From IMG/VR virus record IMGVR_UViG_2617270952_000002, positions 1 through 27,724 of that record: a DNA stretch of 27,724 nucleotides, one strand, 5' to 3'. The notes below the pieces were generated by a model. It was not told the DNA's origin and did not search any database. It saw only the letters and a list, made by a program, of their open reading frames with translations. The position numbers were made by a program, and so were the translations under genes. Within the stretch, counting starts at the first letter, position 1. Every line of letters begins with the position of its first letter. This document shows, in pieces, positions 17,920 through 27,525 of this stretch. This stretch comes from a virus. Taxonomy: Duplodnaviria > Heunggongvirae > Uroviricota > Caudoviricetes.

Positions 17920-20900
17920 ATGACTCATCAGACACACACCATTGCTGAATCCAATAACTTTATCGTTCTTGATAAGTACATCAAAGCTGAGCCAACAGGC
18001 GACAGCTACCAGAGCGAATCGGACCTGGAACGCGAACTGATACAGGACCTACGGAATCAGGGCTATGAATTTATATCCGTAAAATCACAGTCGGCGATGC
18101 TGGCCAATGTTCGGGAACAGCTTCAGAACCTCAATGGTGTGGTGTTTAATGACAGCGAGTGGCGGCGTTTCACGGAGCAGTATCTGGATAACCCGAGCGA
18201 TGGCATTCTGGATAAGACCCGTAAAATCCATATCGACTATATTTGCGACTTTATTTTTGATGACGAGCGTCTTGAGAACATCTATTTGATAGATAAAAAG
18301 AATCTCATGCGCAATAAGGTGCAGATTATCCAGCAGTTTGAACAGGCGGGTTCTCACGCTAACCGTTATGACGTAACTATCCTGGTTAATGGCTTACCGC
18401 TGGTACAAATCGAACTGAAAAAACGCGGCGTGGCGATTCGTGAGGCTTTCAACCAGATACATCGTTACAGTAAAGAGAGTTTTAACAGCGAAAATTCCCT
18501 GTTTAAGTATCTGCAGCTGTTCGTCATTTCCAACGGCACTGATACCCGTTATTTTGCCAACACGACAAAGCGCGATAAAAACAGTTTTGACTTCACCATG
18601 AACTGGGCGAAATCAGACAATACGCTGATTAAAGACCTCAAAGACTTTACCGCCACCTTTTTCCAGAAACATACTCTGCTTAATGTTCTGGTGAACTACA
18701 GCGTTTTTGACAGCAGTCAGACACTACTGGTAATGCGACCGTACCAGATTGCCGCCACCGAGCGCATTCTGTGGAAAATTAAGAGTTCCTTTACAGCGAA
18801 GAACTGGTCAAAACCGGAAAGCGGTGGGTATATCTGGCACACTACCGGTTCTGGTAAAACCCTCACCAGCTTTAAAGCCGCGCGTCTGGCAACAGAGCTG
18901 GACTTTATTGATAAAGTCTTCTTTGTGGTCGACAGGAAAGACCTCGATTACCAGACCATGAAGGAATATCAGCGTTTTTCGCCAGACAGCGTCAACGGCT
19001 CGGAAAATACCGCAGGCCTTAAACGAAATCTGGATAAGGACGATAACAAAATTATCGTCACTACTATTCAGAAACTCAATAACCTGATGAAAGCAGAAAG
19101 CGATCTGCCTGTATATAATCAGCAAGTGGTGTTTATATTTGATGAATGCCACCGCAGCCAGTTTGGAGAAGCGCAGAAAAACCTGAAGAAGAAATTCAAA
19201 CGCTATTATCAGTTTGGTTTTACCGGCACCCCTATTTTCCCGGAAAACGCCTTAGGCTCAGAAACAACCGCCAGCGTATTTGGTCGTGAATTGCATTCGT
19301 ATGTAATTACCGATGCGATTCGTGACGAAAAAGTGCTCAAATTCAAGGTGGACTACAACGATGTGCGGCCACAGTTTAAGTCTTTAGAGACAGAAACTGA
19401 CGAGAAAAAACTGAGTGCGGCTGAAAATCAGCAGGCGTTTCTTCATCCCATGCGTATTCAGGAAATCACGCAATATATTCTGAATAATTTCCGCCAGAAA
19501 ACCCACCGTACCTTCCCTGGCTCAAAAGGTTTTAATGCTATGTTGGCAGTGAGCAGCGTGGATGCCGCGAAAGCCTATTATGCGACGTTTAAACGGTTAC
19601 AAGAAGAAGCCGCTAATAAATCGGCTACCTATAAACCGCTGCGTATTGCGACAATCTTCTCCTTTGCCGCCAATGAAGAACAAAATGCCATTGGTGAAAT
19701 TTCCGATGAAACTTTTGATACCAGCGCAATGGACAGCAGTGCTAAAGAGTTTCTGGACGCTGCAATTCGTGAATATAACAGCCATTTTAAAACTAACTTT
19801 AGCACCGACAGTAACGGTTTTCAGAACTACTATCGTGATTTAGCCCAGCGGGTTAAAAATCAGGATATCGATCTGCTAATTGTCGTGGGGATGTTCTTAA
19901 CCGGCTTCGATGCTCCAACATTGAACACGCTATTCGTCGATAAAAACTTACGTTATCACGGCCTGATGCAGGCATTTTCCCGCACCAACCGCATTTATGA
20001 CGCCACTAAAACCTTCGGTAATATCGTCACTTTCCGGGATCTGGAACGCTCAACTATTGATGCCATAACGCTGTTTGGTGACAAAAACACCAAAAATGTG
20101 GTGTTAGAAAAGAGTTATACAGAGTATATGGAAGGCTTTACTGATGCTGCTACAGGTGAAGCTAAACGCGGCTTCATGACAGTAGTTTCAGAACTGGAAC
20201 AACGGTTCCCTGACCCTACCAGTATTGAAAGTGAAAAAGAGAAGAAAGACTTCGTTAAACTGTTTGGCGAATACCTGCGTGCCGAGAACATCCTGCAAAA
20301 CTATGATGAATTTGCCACGCTAAAAGCCCTGCAACAAATCGATCTTAGCGATCCTGTTGCGGTAGAAAAATTCAAAGCAGAACATTATGTGGATGATGAA
20401 AAGTTCGCTGAATTGCAAACAATTCGTCTCCCTGCTGATCGCAAGATTCAGGATTATCGTTCTGCCTATAACGATATTCGCGACTGGCAGCGCCGTGAGA
20501 AAGAAGCTGAGAAAAAAGAGAAATCAACCACTGACTGGGATGACGTAGTTTTTGAGGTCGATTTGCTGAAGTCTCAGGAAATAAACCTGGATTATATCCT
20601 TGGACTGATTTTCGAACACAACAGACAAAATAAAGGCAAGGGCGAAATGATCGAAGAGGTCAAACGCTTAATTCGTTCAAGCCTGGGAAACCGTGCTAAA
20701 GAGGGCCTGGTGGTCGATTTTATTCAGCAAACGAACCTGGATGATTTACCGGACAAAGCCAGCATCATTGACGCATTCTTTACGTTTGCTCAACGCGAAC
20801 AGCAACGTGAAGCAGAAGCATTGATAAAAGAAGAAAATCTCAATGAAGATGCAGCAAAACGCTATATTCGCACGTCTTTAAAACGCGAATATGCCACCGA

Positions 20901-21036
20901 AAATGGCACAGAATTAAACGAAACATTACCAAAACTTAGTCCGTTAAATCCGCAATATAAAACGAAAAAACAGGCAGTTTTCCAGAAAATCGTCTCGTTT
21001 ATTGAGAAGTTTAAAGGCGTAGGCGGAAAAATATAG
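17920..21036 (+). CDS. hsdR: type I R-M endonuclease/translocase subunit HsdR
   Basis: 1038 aa; PD-(D/E)xK-like IELKK, Walker A TGSGKT, DEAH-like FDECH. Confidence 0.95.
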   Translation: MTHQTHTIAESNNFIVLDKYIKAEPTGDSYQSESDLERELIQDLRNQGYEFISVKSQSAMLANVREQLQNLNGVVFNDSEWRRFTEQYLDNPSDGILDKTRKIHIDYICDFIFDDERLENIYLIDKKNLMRNKVQIIQQFEQAGSHANRYDVTILVNGLPLVQIELKKRGVAIREAFNQIHRYSKESFNSENSLFKYLQLFVISNGTDTRYFANTTKRDKNSFDFTMNWAKSDNTLIKDLKDFTATFFQKHTLLNVLVNYSVFDSSQTLLVMRPYQIAATERILWKIKSSFTAKNWSKPESGGYIWHTTGSGKTLTSFKAARLATELDFIDKVFFVVDRKDLDYQTMKEYQRFSPDSVNGSENTAGLKRNLDKDDNKIIVTTIQKLNNLMKAESDLPVYNQQVVFIFDECHRSQFGEAQKNLKKKFKRYYQFGFTGTPIFPENALGSETTASVFGRELHSYVITDAIRDEKVLKFKVDYNDVRPQFKSLETETDEKKLSAAENQQAFLHPMRIQEITQYILNNFRQKTHRTFPGSKGFNAMLAVSSVDAAKAYYATFKRLQEEAANKSATYKPLRIATIFSFAANEEQNAIGEISDETFDTSAMDSSAKEFLDAAIREYNSHFKTNFSTDSNGFQNYYRDLAQRVKNQDIDLLIVVGMFLTGFDAPTLNTLFVDKNLRYHGLMQAFSRTNRIYDATKTFGNIVTFRDLERSTIDAITLFGDKNTKNVVLEKSYTEYMEGFTDAATGEAKRGFMTVVSELEQRFPDPTSIESEKEKKDFVKLFGEYLRAENILQNYDEFATLKALQQIDLSDPVAVEKFKAEHYVDDEKFAELQTIRLPADRKIQDYRSAYNDIRDWQRREKEAEKKEKSTTDWDDVVFEVDLLKSQEINLDYILGLIFEHNRQNKGKGEMIEEVKRLIRSSLGNRAKEGLVVDFIQQTNLDDLPDKASIIDAFFTFAQREQQREAEALIKEENLNEDAAKRYIRTSLKREYATENGTELNETLPKLSPLNPQYKTKKQAVFQKIVSFIEKFKGVGGKI

Positions 21037-21115
21037 CCCAATTCGTGTTTTTCTTGCGGGTTCTTAATTAAACCCGCAAGAGACCGTGGGGTTCCAAATG
21101 GCTAATATACTCCCC

Positions 21116-21202
21116 TTACCCATGTGCGACGATATCGCCAAAAGTGATAGAGAACAGCCAGAAATAGATCGCGGCCATAATGATTTTGAATGCCGTGTTC
21201 AT
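21116..21202 (-). CDS. hypothetical 28-aa hydrophobic peptide
   Basis: MNTAFKIIMAAIYFWLFSITFGDIVAHG; AGGAG 7 nt upstream of ATG; C1 operator 83 bp upstream; not in the ORF track (below size cut-off). Confidence 0.35.
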   Translation of the reverse strand: MNTAFKIIMAAIYFWLFSITFGDIVAHG

Positions 21203-21230
21203 ATTTTCAGCTCCTGTGATTGATTGGATA

Positions 21231-21261
21231 CATGCCGCGCCTTGCGGCATGTTTTTATTTT
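21231..21261 (+). terminator. rho-independent terminator-like hairpin (plus strand, downstream of hsdR)
   Basis: catgccgc-gcctt-gcggcatg followed by tttttatttt. Confidence 0.5.
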
Positions 21262-21284
21262 CACTTTCTCTGCTTTAAAAATAA

Positions 21285-21301
21285 ATATTTATTAGAGCAA
21301 T
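21285..21301 (-). promoter_or_regulatory. C1 operator
   Basis: atatttattagagcaat; 16/17 to rc consensus. Confidence 0.65.
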
Positions 21302-21807
21302 TATTGTTGATGGAGAAGCGCGTTTTCATACTCCCTGACCATTAACGTAAGCACGCCGTGCCTCCTGAAAACACGCGCCACTTCAATCTTATCTTCCAGC
21401 GCGAACGCGATTTTACTTAGACCAATTTTCTTAAGGAGATCAATCTTTGCTGGGCCGTCATTTCTGTCATCGGTGGCAGGACGCATAGATAGCAAAGGCT
21501 CAGCCCCGTTTGTTACGTACTTCCGCAGCCAGGCTCGTGTTTTATCCCTTGCGATCTCACAGCGCCCGGTTACAAACCAGACCGTGTAAACGTTAAATAA
21601 CTGGCGCACAATATCAATAACTGGAGTTATGGGAGTATCAGTGTCACAGGCGAGATTAAACTCGTTCCAGTCCTTTGTTAATGCACCTTTACCTGGTGGC
21701 GGAAGCAAATGCAGTCTGTCTTCAGTTGCCTCTGATATTGTTCCATCAATATCAACTATGACGATATACGGACGTTCCTGGTGTGCGTGTTTATTGAAAA
21801 TACTCAA
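21301..21807 (-). CDS. HAD-superfamily phosphatase-like protein
   Basis: N-terminal IVIVDIDGTIS (DxDGT motif I); 168 aa. Confidence 0.6.
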   Translation of the reverse strand: MSIFNKHAHQERPYIVIVDIDGTISEATEDRLHLLPPPGKGALTKDWNEFNLACDTDTPITPVIDIVRQLFNVYTVWFVTGRCEIARDKTRAWLRKYVTNGAEPLLSMRPATDDRNDGPAKIDLLKKIGLSKIAFALEDKIEVARVFRRHGVLTLMVREYENALLHQQ

Positions 21808-21879
21808 ATGCCCTCCTCATTGGACGAAAAAAATGCTGGTGGGCGCACTCCACCAGCATCAAAAGTGACACTGTAACTG

Positions 21880-23142
21880 TCAGCGAACGTAAATAGTGCC
21901 GCCGTTCTCTTTTTCCCATGCATCGCTACGTGCATAGCAAACATCGAGAAGTCTTCTTGCCGCTGTTTCCTCTAAACCCAATTCGACAACCAACTGCTCA
22001 TGACGGCGGGTAACCACATCAAACAGGGTATGCAGCCCTTTAGCTGCCAGATCATCAATAAATTCCGGTTCGAACGGCAGCTCTGCCTCTGCCAACATAA
22101 CCTCTTGCGCCCACTCAACTCGACGGACCAGTTCCGGGCGGCGGCTTTCCATCTCTTTACAGATCAATTCATGGAAGAACTCTACCCAACCTTCCGGCTG
22201 GAACTCGCGGAAAATGGCCAACGGCTGGAAGTTTGGCATCAACCATTCGTTGATTCGGATATCAATGGCATAGCCCATGTCGCAGCAGAACTGATAAGCA
22301 AAGTCCAGCTTAGAAACGATATAAGGACGCTCGTTATTGAACTCTTTAGGCGATGAGATCCCATAAGCCAGGAGGCGCGGGAAGAAGGAGATTTGCCCTA
22401 ACGTCGGATGAAGTTTGCTTGCAGGGAAACGTCGCTCAGTAATGCCATACATTTCCTTCTTGAGCGTCGCAAATTTGGCATTCTCATTAACCAGCGCGGT
22501 AACCTCTGCTTTTTTATTAGCAAATGCCACGCGCGCCTCACTTGCATCTTTAATAGTCTTTTTGAGCTGTTGGTTAAGGTCGGCGACCTGCTTACGCAGT
22601 TCCTGTCGCTCACTTTTGGCTTTGTTATAGCGTTTCTCAAGGTTAAAAGGATCAAGTTTCATGATCTCTTTATATTGAGATTTTAGCGTTGAAATCTGTG
22701 AGTTCCGCAGTTCAACCATCGCGGTCACTTCATTGAGTTTTGTTTCCAGCTCAATGCTTATACGTTCGGCATTATCAGCACGCTGGTTGGCGTCATGCGT
22801 CGCATCGTCGATCGCGTCCTGTTGCTGGCGTTTCAAATGTTCAATTTGCAGCTGAAGCTCTTCAATTTCTTTACCCTTCAGACCGAGATCCAACTGCATA
22901 TTTTCAGCTGCATCTACCAGGGAGTTATGGCTATCAGCTTCTGCGTTATAAACATCAATAAGCTGTGCGTGAAGCATCTCCGCTGACTGAACCGCATTAT
23001 CAAAAAAACGTGCTGTGAGGTCATCACAACTAACGCGGCGTTGCGCGGCCCGGATGTTCTGGATAATGGCCGGGATACCGGCATTCAGGACATCAGGGAT
23101 AGATACATTTTCGATTGATTGGTTTTGTGCTGAAGTGCTCAT
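21880..23142 (-). CDS. hypothetical protein with long coiled-coil N-terminal half (420 aa)
   Basis: Track ORF; heptad-rich Q/E/K/L sequence in residues ~90-230; start immediately after upstream stop. Confidence 0.55.
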   Translation of the reverse strand: MSTSAQNQSIENVSIPDVLNAGIPAIIQNIRAAQRRVSCDDLTARFFDNAVQSAEMLHAQLIDVYNAEADSHNSLVDAAENMQLDLGLKGKEIEELQLQIEHLKRQQQDAIDDATHDANQRADNAERISIELETKLNEVTAMVELRNSQISTLKSQYKEIMKLDPFNLEKRYNKAKSERQELRKQVADLNQQLKKTIKDASEARVAFANKKAEVTALVNENAKFATLKKEMYGITERRFPASKLHPTLGQISFFPRLLAYGISSPKEFNNERPYIVSKLDFAYQFCCDMGYAIDIRINEWLMPNFQPLAIFREFQPEGWVEFFHELICKEMESRRPELVRRVEWAQEVMLAEAELPFEPEFIDDLAAKGLHTLFDVVTRRHEQLVVELGLEETAARRLLDVCYARSDAWEKENGGTIYVR

Positions 23143-23143
23143 T

Positions 23144-23362
23144 TCAAAGTTCCGTATTAGCTTGTGCTTCGGTCATTTTTCCTAAGTATGAAGGAGGAAG
23201 GACTACGCAATTTGTATCCAGTCCCTCACCTATGGCAGCCTGTAAAATTCTGGCTAAGGTGAGTCTCTTGTTGCGATACCTGGTGATGACATGCCTGATA
23301 CCGCCGGTCGGCGTAACAAAGGCGATCAGCCAGTAGTGATATTTCCGTCGGAATGGCCACAT
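23144..23362 (-). CDS. hypothetical 72-aa protein
   Basis: Track ORF; stop adjacent to downstream ATG (coupling); operator pair upstream. Confidence 0.4.
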   Translation of the reverse strand: MWPFRRKYHYWLIAFVTPTGGIRHVITRYRNKRLTLARILQAAIGEGLDTNCVVLPPSYLGKMTEAQANTEL

Positions 23363-23376
23363 AGTGCACCCTGTAG

Positions 23377-23442
23377 ATTGCTCTAATAAAAAACGTGATA
23401 AGTGTACATCACGTTTTAAAAATATGGAATTATTAGAGCAAT
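23377..23442. promoter_or_regulatory. pair of inverted C1 operators (23377..23393 and 23426..23442)
   Basis: ATTGCTCTAATAAAAAA and ggaattattagagcaat; each 14/17. Confidence 0.6.
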
Positions 23443-23443
23443 A

Positions 23444-24145
23444 TTATTCTGATTCTCGCTCAAAAAACGAGCTGATAAGGGGAAGCCAATCCTCTGACAC
23501 TTCGCGAGGTCGCGGTTTGCCGTGGAAAAAGATTATTCGGCAGTCTTTTGGTAATGCCCCATTCCCCCTGGAGTAACGCGCGCTCGCATATTTCGAACCA
23601 GGTTCCACAACATCGGCCTTGTAACTTACAAACCATCCCGGATACAGATCCTGAAATGCTGGTGTATCATCACCCATAACCTTCCGCAAAAACCCCTGCT
23701 CACCCCAGCATTCAGTAGTAACACAACGAGCAACCCAACCTTCCGGATCTTGCCAGAATGCACTCCAGATATGCGCTTTTACACTATTTGGTATCCACAG
23801 GGCACCGCTACCACGATATTGTGGATGGTAAAAATCCCTAAGCATGGTGAAGCTGGTTGGTGGATTCTCAAGGATTGGGCGTATATCACCGGCAATAACT
23901 GTGTCCAAATCCAGATAGAACAGATCATCTGTTATATCCGGTCGGAACAACTCTATTTTCGCCCACCAGCCACGGCACTTTTGCCACTGGTTGATCAATG
24001 GGACAACTTTGACGCCAGGTACATGTAAACGCTTCAGGTCTGTCAGGCAAATAATTTCATAGCCTTTTGGCAGTTGATTAACCAGCCACTGCACATCGGA
24101 AGCGTTATAGTCACCACCAGAGCGAAAAACTAAAGCAATCTTCAT
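23444..24145 (-). CDS. hypothetical protein with DxD motif (possible GT-A-like nucleotide-sugar transferase fold)
   Basis: 233 aa; ...[12 protein letters not shown]...; assignment weak. Confidence 0.4.
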   Translation of the reverse strand: MKIALVFRSGGDYNASDVQWLVNQLPKGYEIICLTDLKRLHVPGVKVVPLINQWQKCRGWWAKIELFRPDITDDLFYLDLDTVIAGDIRPILENPPTSFTMLRDFYHPQYRGSGALWIPNSVKAHIWSAFWQDPEGWVARCVTTECWGEQGFLRKVMGDDTPAFQDLYPGWFVSYKADVVEPGSKYASARYSRGNGALPKDCRIIFFHGKPRPREVSEDWLPLISSFFERESE

Positions 24146-24834
24146 GCTGCACCATCACCTTTCACTTTCATCAATGTCAGGTTTCCGCAAAATACGGCAC
24201 CAGTGTCGATATACTGCTGATTCCAGAATGTCTTCGGGCTTTTCACCGGAGTGTGACCAAAGATAAAACGATCTGCGCCCGAAATTTCGCCACCAATATC
24301 ATCCATCGAATCACTGATACGCTCGCGCGCCCAGACAACGTTGAAAAGCGGCACCTCCTTACCGAATTGGTATTCATTATCCGGATAGTCGGCATGGGCT
24401 ATAACGATAGTTTCTTGCCCGGTGTTCAACTCAATGATATAGGGCAGTCGTCTTACCAACTCCACCAGCGCCCAGGCTAATATTTCCTGCTCAGTGTCCA
24501 GCATGAAGAACCATTGTCCGCCATTCATTAGCCAGTTATTCACGTTGCCATCTGGACTTAACGCATCAATCATCAGCCGCTCATGGTTACCCATGACCGC
24601 TCTGAACCAGGGCATCTGCAATAGTTCCAGACATTCGACATTTTCAGTACCGCGATCGATAAGGTCGCCGACCGATATCAGTAAATCCTGCGCCGGGTCA
24701 AAATCCACACGATGGAGTTCGGACATCAGTCTGGTGTAGCAACCATGCAGATCACCAACAACCCAGACATTCCTGTATTTGGTACCGTCGATACGGTGAT
24801 AAATTGTGGGTGCCATCATGTATTCTTCAGCCAT
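24142..24834 (-). CDS. Ser/Thr protein phosphatase-family metallophosphoesterase (lambda PPase-like)
   Basis: Motifs GDLHGC, GDLIDRG, GNHE. Confidence 0.85.
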   Translation of the reverse strand: MAEEYMMAPTIYHRIDGTKYRNVWVVGDLHGCYTRLMSELHRVDFDPAQDLLISVGDLIDRGTENVECLELLQMPWFRAVMGNHERLMIDALSPDGNVNNWLMNGGQWFFMLDTEQEILAWALVELVRRLPYIIELNTGQETIVIAHADYPDNEYQFGKEVPLFNVVWARERISDSMDDIGGEISGADRFIFGHTPVKSPKTFWNQQYIDTGAVFCGNLTLMKVKGDGAA

Positions 24835-25442
24835 TCTTTAAGAGTCATCTGCGGAATACCTCCCATTCTCCCGCATGAAACAACGTCAATCTGTTCACGC
24901 GCAGACTGGAATAACAAAGGCAGGTGACTTAGATTTTTTGGCGTGCCGCCGGAGTGAACGCGTGGTTCTTGTGTAGCGTCAACGCCCACCAGGGCGACAT
25001 GTTTGAATCCGATATGGAAAGCCAGGTTCAGAGCGCCATATGCACTATTGCCGCTGGCAATTTCATTCTCATCTTCGCAAAGTCCGAAATGTGCGGACCA
25101 GCGCCACGCCCACCACTCGGGAGAATTCGTATTTTTTGGCTCCATGCCACGTTCAGCCACACGACGGAAGCACAGAACGCCGTCTCTGACTTCACGTTCT
25201 TTAACATCGGGTAGTGCCATGCAATAACAAACACCACGGCGACGGCGGCCACGACCAACGCGCCGCATATTGTCTGGCGATGGATCAAGTGTGAAAAAAT
25301 AAGAAGCGCGGTTCAGCCAGTCGATGGCCCCATTGACCGCTATAATCGGCACTCCGCGCGGCGCAACAAAGTTTGCGGCGCTTGGGCCACTGCCGACGAT
25401 AATAACGCGATCACTGCCTCTAAATTTATTCTTGGGAAACAT
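24816..25442 (-). CDS. hypothetical protein, GxGPS Rossmann-like motif (paralog 1)
   Basis: VIIVGSGPS...IIAVNGA; paralogous to next gene. Confidence 0.5.
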   Translation of the reverse strand: MFPKNKFRGSDRVIIVGSGPSAANFVAPRGVPIIAVNGAIDWLNRASYFFTLDPSPDNMRRVGRGRRRRGVCYCMALPDVKEREVRDGVLCFRRVAERGMEPKNTNSPEWWAWRWSAHFGLCEDENEIASGNSAYGALNLAFHIGFKHVALVGVDATQEPRVHSGGTPKNLSHLPLLFQSAREQIDVVSCGRMGGIPQMTLKEWLKNT

Positions 25443-26002
25443 TGAATTGCACTGCTCCTACTTGCATTCAAAATATGTAAATCTGCGTGTTTTTTGCGGG
25501 TATCCAGGAACTGCTGTTGCCATTTTGAAATAGACACCTGCGTTGGATTCCGTAGGGCTTGAGGGTGTGCTCCATGCCAATGAAGGCCGTTTTGCAGAGA
25601 ACAGTCATAGCCGACTAATACAACTACTTCAGCCCCTGATTCAGCCGCCAGACTGATAGCCTGCGCGCCGCTATTAACCCCTTCAGCCGGTCCACAATAT
25701 CGCCTGTACTCCAACGAAAATGATTTCGCCGCCGCCAGGTTGGCTGTCACTTTGCGGAATCTCCCTCCCGGTATGGTGGATCCGTATTGCTTCCACCATG
25801 ACAAATCACCGGCGTATAAGGCATAAATGTCATCGAACATCTGCCAGGAATTGTTAACCGCGATGATTGAACAGCCAGTTTTTTCTATAGCAGCACAGTC
25901 CTCACGAGTGAGTGACGGACCGCTACCGACACAAAAAACAGTCCTAGTCGCCCTGGGTGGTATGTTCATTCTCAGCTGCAAATTCAGCCTCCAGGCGAGC
26001 AT
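25340..26002 (-). CDS. hypothetical protein, GxGPS Rossmann-like motif (paralog 2); start may be internal Met at ~25969
   Basis: VFCVGSGPS...IIAVNNS; shares LVG-D and HxG blocks with paralog 1. Confidence 0.5.
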   Translation of the reverse strand: MLAWRLNLQLRMNIPPRATRTVFCVGSGPSLTREDCAAIEKTGCSIIAVNNSWQMFDDIYALYAGDLSWWKQYGSTIPGGRFRKVTANLAAAKSFSLEYRRYCGPAEGVNSGAQAISLAAESGAEVVVLVGYDCSLQNGLHWHGAHPQALRNPTQVSISKWQQQFLDTRKKHADLHILNASRSSAIQCFPRINLEAVIALLSSAVAQAPQTLLRRAECRL

Positions 26003-26165
26003 TCATTTCAGCGATTACCGGGTCCACTACAGCATCTGCTTCCTGTTCATTACGCGGCATGATCGATGCCAGCGATTCATAATTAGCCTTGGATGACACG
26101 ATTATTCTCCCGATGTTAATGTGCGCTATATCAAAGAGCACACATGCACTAATTAATTTATTATT

Positions 26166-26744
26166 TCACGTAGCGTACAACCACTTGTCACCGTTCAATA
26201 CATGCTCAATAGCCTCACCCTTTTTAAGGCTCATGTATTCCAGGATGGCGGTTATCGCTTGTTCTGCACCATACGCAAGAACGACGTAGTAACCTTCCTC
26301 TCTAAGCCTGCGCATCCAGGCGATCTGCTCTTTCGTCGGGGCTTTACCATTTGGTTCTTTAAGCTCAATTCGCATGCCGTGATAAATACCGCATGCTTTA
26401 TCGAGACTCATGTCCGGATAACCTTTTTTCTGCCCTTCAGCCTTCATTTTCCCGGCGGTTGCTTTTGAACGTTTCCCTCCGTTAGGCGTTGCATGCAACA
26501 GCTCATAGATGTCAGGGTGCTTGCGTTCGAAGTAATCAAAAATGAAAACCTGCTCGAAGTGCTCGCAATTTCCGTCGCGCAGGTCGGGGTTCTTTGCCAG
26601 TGCTGCAAGTGCCTTCGCATGTGGAGAAACTTCTTTTACCGGCGCAAGCGATAAGAATGGATCCTTTTTGGTTTTTGGCCTGGACCGCCCCTTATTTCGA
26701 CGCTCACTAAAAGCCTGAAACTCTTCCTCAGTAAAGCGCAACAT
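26166..26744 (-). CDS. VRR-NUC domain nuclease-like protein
   Basis: ...HATPNGGKRSKATAGKMKAEGQKKGYPDMSLDKACGIYHGMRIELKEPNGKAPTKEQIAWMRRL... (PD-(D/E)xK-like D...ELK). Confidence 0.65.
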   Translation of the reverse strand: MLRFTEEEFQAFSERRNKGRSRPKTKKDPFLSLAPVKEVSPHAKALAALAKNPDLRDGNCEHFEQVFIFDYFERKHPDIYELLHATPNGGKRSKATAGKMKAEGQKKGYPDMSLDKACGIYHGMRIELKEPNGKAPTKEQIAWMRRLREEGYYVVLAYGAEQAITAILEYMSLKKGEAIEHVLNGDKWLYAT

Positions 26745-26746
26745 AA

Positions 26747-26992
26747 TCAGTCAAATCCTGCCGGTCGCATGCTATATTTACGCTGTTTTGCAGCCTGCTC
26801 TTCCCTGTGCCATTGCGCACATTCAGCGTCACAATAAATGCCTGATTCAATCGATTCATTGCAGTAACGACACTTCCCTGTAAATACCTGGCTCACGACC
26901 TGTGCCTGCTTTCTGATGTTATCGATGGCCATGTCTTTGAGAGCTTCTAACTGATTCATGCTCAGCTCTGCATCATCAACACGTTCTGCCAA
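26747..26992 (-). CDS. TraR/DksA-family C4 zinc-finger protein
   Basis: 81 aa; CRYCNESIESGIYCDAEC. Confidence 0.6.
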   Translation of the reverse strand: MAERVDDAELSMNQLEALKDMAIDNIRKQAQVVSQVFTGKCRYCNESIESGIYCDAECAQWHREEQAAKQRKYSMRPAGFD

Positions 26993-27049
26993 TTTTGTTT
27001 CCTCGTGAAGAACCTACTTAAGGGCAGAATGATACATTTCACAATCAAA

Positions 27050-27066
27050 ATTGCACTAATAATTTT
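27050..27066 (+). promoter_or_regulatory. C1 operator-like site in divergent intergenic region
   Basis: attgcactaataatttt; 15/17. Confidence 0.5.
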
Positions 27067-27138
27067 CTTTTATTGAGTTAAATAATCAACAAATGACTAG
27101 CGGTAGAATCACCATCATCTATTTCTGGCAGGCTGACT

Positions 27139-27525
27139 ATGGCTACATCAATCACTACAACCCAAAGCACCCGGCAATATCCTCTGTCGCGGTATGACGA
27201 CCGCAACATAGCCGATCCAATACTCAGGGCAGAGCTACGCAAAGAGGTGATGCTTATGTGTGAATCGAACGACAAGAATCTGACGATTTATTACGTTCTT
27301 CCCGATGAGCAATATCGCCCGGATTTGCTGGCTTACCGTATGTGGGGCATAGCAGAGCTACGCTGGGTTGTGACGCTCGCCGCCGGGCTTGAGGATGAGT
27401 CTCAGGGTATGACTGTTGGCAAAAAATTAAAACTCCCACCTGCCACCTGGATCCGCGAAATGATTCGCCATTTCCAATACGACGGCCAGGTAATAGTGAA
27501 CCGCCCCGGGAATCCTGGAGACTAA
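27139..27525 (+). pseudogene. hypothetical gene whose 3' end is replaced by IS3-family element sequence
   Basis: ORF runs across the IS left end at 27496; last ~10 codons (VNRPGNPGD*) are IS-derived. Confidence 0.5.

Noticed and set aside
18085-19843. Short ORFs on both strands inside hsdR
   Set aside because: Overlap the continuous 1038-aa HsdR frame; considered spurious
21047-21078. Hairpin cttgcgggtt-cttaattaa-acccgcaag right after hsdR stop as a terminator
   Set aside because: No U-tract follows on either strand; the downstream hairpin at 21231..21261 with a T-run is the better terminator candidate
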